Source: Dehalococcoidia bacterium
Lineage (GTDB): Bacteria; Chloroflexota; Dehalococcoidia; Lucifugimonadales; Australimonadaceae
Direction: 5' to 3'
Length of the DNA: 64,000 nucleotides
Assembly: GCA_965200975.1 (NCBI GenBank)
Contig: OZ241740.1
Location: 1,925,836-1,989,835, forward strand
In this document: one piece after another, positions 59,983 through 64,000 of the stretch
How positions within the stretch are numbered: the stretch's first letter is position 1
Layout of the letters: each line of letters starts with the position of its first letter
Translations under genes and position numbers: made by a program
The notes under the pieces: generated by a model
Databases searched by the model: none
What the model was told of the DNA's origin: nothing
Seen by the model: only the letters and a program-made list of their open reading frames with translations

Positions 59983-60113
59983 GCCCCACAGGATACCAGA
60001 GGGCCGCGTGAAGGCAGGGCGCCGGAGGAGGCGGGGCGCTGTGTACAATACTGCCGGCCAGCCGGACGCCCAAGGCGTCCGCATCCCCGCGGAGAAGGCA
60101 TCGGAGGTTTGGC

Positions 60114-61713
60114 ATGACCACTAATCCTGAACCCACTGAACAGCGTGATGAGACCCGCCATAAATGGGATTCGTTCGTCGGATTAGCGCAACAATACATC
60201 GATAGTGGGCGCCTTGAGGTAGAGGAACTCGATTACAAGTATGAGATTGGAAAGGAGCTATGTGCAGCGCGAAAGGCGGTGCTTGCCAGTGATAAGGACT
60301 GGCCTGATCTCTTGAAAAAGGCGCTTGGCAGTAACGACAATCTGAACAATTGGCGTTCCCAATCCGCGTTTCTCAAGTGGGTTGAATCGGATACTGACGC
60401 TGCGCGGCGCGCACTGCGAGCGATGTGGGTGAACGGCACCGCATCTGCTGCGTATAGAGTTAGCCAGTTTTGCAGTCGGTTTCCTGCGTCTTCACTCTCA
60501 GGCCCAGGTGTTCGCGCAAGGGTTGCATCTGTTTTGATGATGGGAGTGGATGTCCAGGAATATCCGCCTTTCATGACAACCGTTTTCTCCAGGGCTTACG
60601 ACATCACCGGTTACGATAAGCCAGGAAAAGGCGCAGATGAGGCAGCCCTATACGAGCATGCGCTTGGATTCCTCGACCGGTTCATACACGAAGCTGCTGA
60701 TCGAGGTCTCGAGCTGCGGCACCGCCTCGACGCGCAGTCTGTAACTTGGGCTATTCACTATAACCGAGTCGCACCCATCGTCCCCCAGCCCCAAACCCTT
60801 GCCGAAGAACTCCACTACCCGTCCGACTTCCTCGAAACGATGCGCCAACTCCTCGAAGAAAAGAAGCAACTCATCTTCCAGGGGCCGCCCGGCACGGGCA
60901 AGACGTATGCGGCCCGCAAGCTGGCCGAGTCCCTCGCGGAATCGAAAGAGTGCGTGCGGCTCGTTCAGTTCCATCCCTTCCTACTCCTACGAGGATTTCG
61001 TGCAGGGGCACCGTCCCGCCCTTACGGACGGCGGCCAGCCTACATTCAAGCTTCAGGACGGCCCGCTGAAAGAGATCGCCGAGCGCGCACGGGATAATCC
61101 GGACGACGACTACTTCCTCATCATCGACGAGATAAACCGCGGCAATCTCGCCAAGGTGTTGGGCGAGCTGTACTTCCTGCTGGAGTACCGCGACGAGGAT
61201 ATACCGCTGATGTACAGCGGCAAGCCGTTTTCGCTGCCGGACAACCTCTTCATCATCGGCACGATGAACACAGCGGACCGCTCGATTGCGCTGGTCGATC
61301 TGGCGCTGCGGCGGCGGTTCTCGTTCGTCGAGTTCCACCCCGACAAGCCGCCGGTGAAAGGGTTGCTGCGCCGCTGGCTCGACGCGAAAGGCCTCGGCGA
61401 GACGATGGAGTGGGTGGCGTGTGTGGTCGACGCCGCGAACGAGAAGCTGGCCGACCGCGACGCCGCCATCGGGCCGAGCTACTTTATGAAAGAGCCCCTC
61501 AACGAGGAGCGCGTCGAGCGCATCTGGGAGCACGACGTGCTGCCCTATATCGAGGAGCTTCTGTTCGGCGAACGCGACAAACTCGCCGGGTTCAAACTCG
61601 ACGAACTGCGCGCCGAGTGCGCCAACGACGCCAACGACGCCGGCGATGGGGCAGGTGAAACCGCCACCGACTCAGACTCCCCGGACACGCAGTCGCAAGG
61701 GGAAGAATGCTGA
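60114..61713 (+). pseudogene. mcrB: McrB-family AAA+ GTPase with a +1 frameshift at about 60978
   Basis: GPPGTGKT...VQFHP in one frame; [34 protein letters not shown] in another; TTC CAT CCC T TCC TAC has one extra T. Confidence 0.85.
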
Positions 61714-62945
61714 GGCCGATGCAGCTCGACCTGAAGGAGTATGAGAGCAGCGAGCCGCTGCCGCTCTCCCCAGTCCAGCTGAATGCCCTGCAGGATGCGG
61801 AACTCGACCTCCGCATCTCCGTCTCGCCTGCCCGCGACAAACCGGAGGGGCATTACGTGCTGAGGCCATCCTCCATCGTCGGCGCCGTCGAGACGGATGG
61901 GCTGTCGGCGCTCATCGAGCCGAAGATCGGCATTCCCCAGCTGCTCTCTCTCGCGTGCTACGCCGTCGGCAAGGTGCGGCCGCAGGCGAATGAGTTCGAC
62001 TTCCCGGAGGCGCGGGCGCTGCCGGACTTCCTGGCGCTCGCGCTGACGCGGGAGGCGCAGAAGGCGTTCTCGCGGGGACTGCTCCACGGCTACCGGACGG
62101 AGGAGGAGGCGCTGCTCACGGTGCGGGGGCGCATCCGGTTCGACGAGCAGCTGCGCCGCAGGCCCGGATTGCCGCTGCCGATAGAGACGCGCTACGACGA
62201 GTTCACCGACGACATTCTCGCCAACCAGCTCGTAAAGGCGGCGGCGCGCCGGCTCCTGCGGGCAGGCGTCCGCTCAGCGAAGGCGCGGCAGGGCGTCGGC
62301 AGAGTCGCCGCGATGCTCGACGGCGTGTCGCTCCGCGAGTGGCTCCCGAACGGCGTGCCGGACGTAACGTTCACCCGCCTGAACGAGCACTACCGCAACG
62401 TGACGGCGCTCTCGCGGCTCGTGCTGCGGCGCGGGGAGTTCGAGTCCCGGCGAGGGGCAGTCCGGGCGTCCGGGTTTCTGATGGATATGAACGAAGTGTT
62501 CCAGGAGTTCGTAACAGTCGCGCTCCGCGAGAAGCTGAGGCTCTCCGAAACCGCGTTCGGCGACACGTTCGGCGAGATGTCGATCGGCTCGCTCGACGAG
62601 GAGGGCGCCGCGCGTCTCCGGCCCGACCTCGTATGGCGCGAGTCCGGTCGCTGCGTGTTCGTGGGCGACGCCAAGTACAAGAACGTTACAGGCGACCGCA
62701 TCCCCAACGCCGACCTCTACCAGCTGCTCGCCTACGCCTCCGCGCTCGACCTGCCCGGCGGGCTGCTCGTCTACGCCCAGGGCGAGGCTGACGATCACGA
62801 GTACACCGTGCGGCATACGGGCAAGCGGCTGCGCGTCGCCGCGCTCGACCTCTCCGGCGACATCGAGGCCGTCCTCAACCGCGTAGGCTCCCTCGCCGAC
62901 AAAGCGCGCGCCCTCCGACGGGAGGCGCAGCAAGCCGCCGCATAG
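61707..62945 (+). CDS. mcrC: McrC-family restriction endonuclease subunit
   Basis: IEPKIG, VRGRI, DEFTDD, DMNEVFQEFV, LRPDL, DAKYK, ADLYQLLAYA. Confidence 0.9.
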   Translation: MLRPMQLDLKEYESSEPLPLSPVQLNALQDAELDLRISVSPARDKPEGHYVLRPSSIVGAVETDGLSALIEPKIGIPQLLSLACYAVGKVRPQANEFDFPEARALPDFLALALTREAQKAFSRGLLHGYRTEEEALLTVRGRIRFDEQLRRRPGLPLPIETRYDEFTDDILANQLVKAAARRLLRAGVRSAKARQGVGRVAAMLDGVSLREWLPNGVPDVTFTRLNEHYRNVTALSRLVLRRGEFESRRGAVRASGFLMDMNEVFQEFVTVALREKLRLSETAFGDTFGEMSIGSLDEEGAARLRPDLVWRESGRCVFVGDAKYKNVTGDRIPNADLYQLLAYASALDLPGGLLVYAQGEADDHEYTVRHTGKRLRVAALDLSGDIEAVLNRVGSLADKARALRREAQQAAA

Positions 62946-62989
62946 GTGCTCCCGGCCCCGCTTGCTGTTGGAGAGGGCGCCGCCTGCCC

Positions 62990-63535
62990 CGCGCTTGGCT
63001 GCCAGGGGGTCAGGGGGAGCGGACGCTCTCCCTGCACAACGCAACAGCCCCGCCCGCCCAGAGCACGCCGCCTCTCCCTGCTGCAACGCATGAGCGCTAT
63101 CTGCTGCTCCGAGGGGGCGCGCCTTGCCGATACTCCCGGGAGAGAGTTCTCTCCCCCGGACCCCCTCGTTGTTGCTCCTGCGCAACGCAACAGCGCTGTC
63201 TGCTGTTGAGGGGGCGCGTGCCTTGCCGGCACTCCCGGGAGAGAGTTCTCTCCCCCGGACCCCCTCGTTATTCCTCCTCCCCGCCCCGCGCTTGGCTGCC
63301 CAGAGCACGGCTTGTCCCCCGGCTGCCAGGGGGTCAGGGGGAGCGGACGCTCTCCCTGCGCAACGCAACCGCCCACCCGCCCATAGCAGCCCCCTGCGCA
63401 ACGCATCAGCGCTGTCTGCTGTTGGAGGGGCGCGCGGCTTGCCGATACTCCCGGGAGAGAGTTCTCTCCCCCGGACCCCCTCGTTGTTCGCTCTTTTCCC
63501 CAGGGGGTCTGGGGGAGCGGACGCTCTCCCAGTTT
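62990..63535. repeat. second mosaic REP/BIME-like array (order X-Y-Y-X-Y-X)
   Basis: X at 63005, 63329, 63503; Y at 63136, 63235, 63451; shares the spacer motif GCAACGCA..AGCGCTGTCTGCTG with the 55-kb array. Confidence 0.88.
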
Positions 63536-63574
63536 CTGCGGCGCCCTCTCCACCCTGAACAGCAGCTCTTTTCG

Positions 63575-63603
63575 TTGACCCTCCGCCGGGCCGCTCGTAG
63601 AAT
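63575..63603 (+). promoter_or_regulatory. sigma70-type promoter of valS
   Basis: TTGACC-N17-TAGAAT. Confidence 0.7.
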
Positions 63604-63636
63604 GGCCCTATCCCCAGCCCCGGAGCCTCCCCGCTT

Positions 63637-64000
63637 ATGACTACGCGCCCGCCCGGCGAGCCGCTGCCCAAGGCATACGACCCCAGCCAGGTGGAGGGCA
63701 GGCTTTACGAGTGGTGGGAGCGCTCCGGGTTCTTCCGAGCCTCTGTCGACCCCGGCAAGCAGCCGTTCACCGTTATCATGCCGCCGCCGAACGTAACCGG
63801 CGAGCTGCATATCGGTCACGCGCAACGCGCAGCTATCGAAGACGCGCTGGTGCGCTACCACCGTATGCGAGGCTACTCCGCGCTCTACCTGCCCGGGACC
63901 GACCACGCAGGCATCGCCACGCAGGTCGTCGTCGAGCGGCAGCTCGCCGCCGAAGGCGCGACGCGCCACGACCTCGGGCGCGAGGCGTTCCTCGAACGCG
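63637..64000 (+). CDS. valS: valyl-tRNA synthetase (N-terminal part, truncated by window edge)
   Basis: [27 protein letters not shown] (HIGH motif), [11 protein letters not shown]. Confidence 0.95.
   Translation, partial: MTTRPPGEPLPKAYDPSQVEGRLYEWWERSGFFRASVDPGKQPFTVIMPPPNVTGELHIGHAQRAAIEDALVRYHRMRGYSALYLPGTDHAGIATQVVVERQLAAEGATRHDLGREAFLER

Noticed and set aside
58727-60199. Large N-terminal fusion on coaX (754-aa ORF)
   Set aside because: Alternative-frame read-through of the MFS gene; CoaX begins at MLLALDIG.
62946-63636. T-box riboswitch upstream of valS (or aspS)
   Set aside because: No GGTGGNACCGCG T-box motif seen; a good promoter sits only ~35 bp upstream of the valS start, leaving no room for a leader.

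Overview
High-GC bacterial chromosome segment. The gene styles (Pro/Thr-linker lipoproteins, tandem UbiD paralogues, aminotransferase-serA pair, NuoEFG-like cluster) suggest Chloroflexota/Dehalococcoidia (SAR202-like); this assignment is inference only. Housekeeping genes (mutS, serA, tig-clpP-clpX, acpS-nnr, folD, aspS, coaX-coaBC, valS, tRNA-Asp, tRNA-Asn) are interleaved with accessory modules: a heme ABC uptake/MhuD/SIP operon, a TctCAB transporter with two UbiD decarboxylases, a NuoE/NuoF/FdhA-like plus FNR redox cluster lacking the Mo ligand, a 2-hydroxyisobutyryl-CoA-mutase-type operon, and a frameshifted McrBC. The most notable observations are: (1) two selenoproteins hidden by in-frame TGA codons, an iodothyronine-deiodinase-like protein with a UxxC motif and a UXX-star glutaredoxin; (2) an operon of three paralogous secreted proteins of an unrecognised family, with predicted mature N-terminal X-G-H motifs and a conserved Cys pair; (3) a methylase-free nuclease-RAMA gene followed by an orphan RAMA gene; (4) a ~30-bp palindromic REP-like element, about 23 copies by eye, that builds BIME-like tandem arrays. 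All calls come from reading the sequence; no database searches were run.
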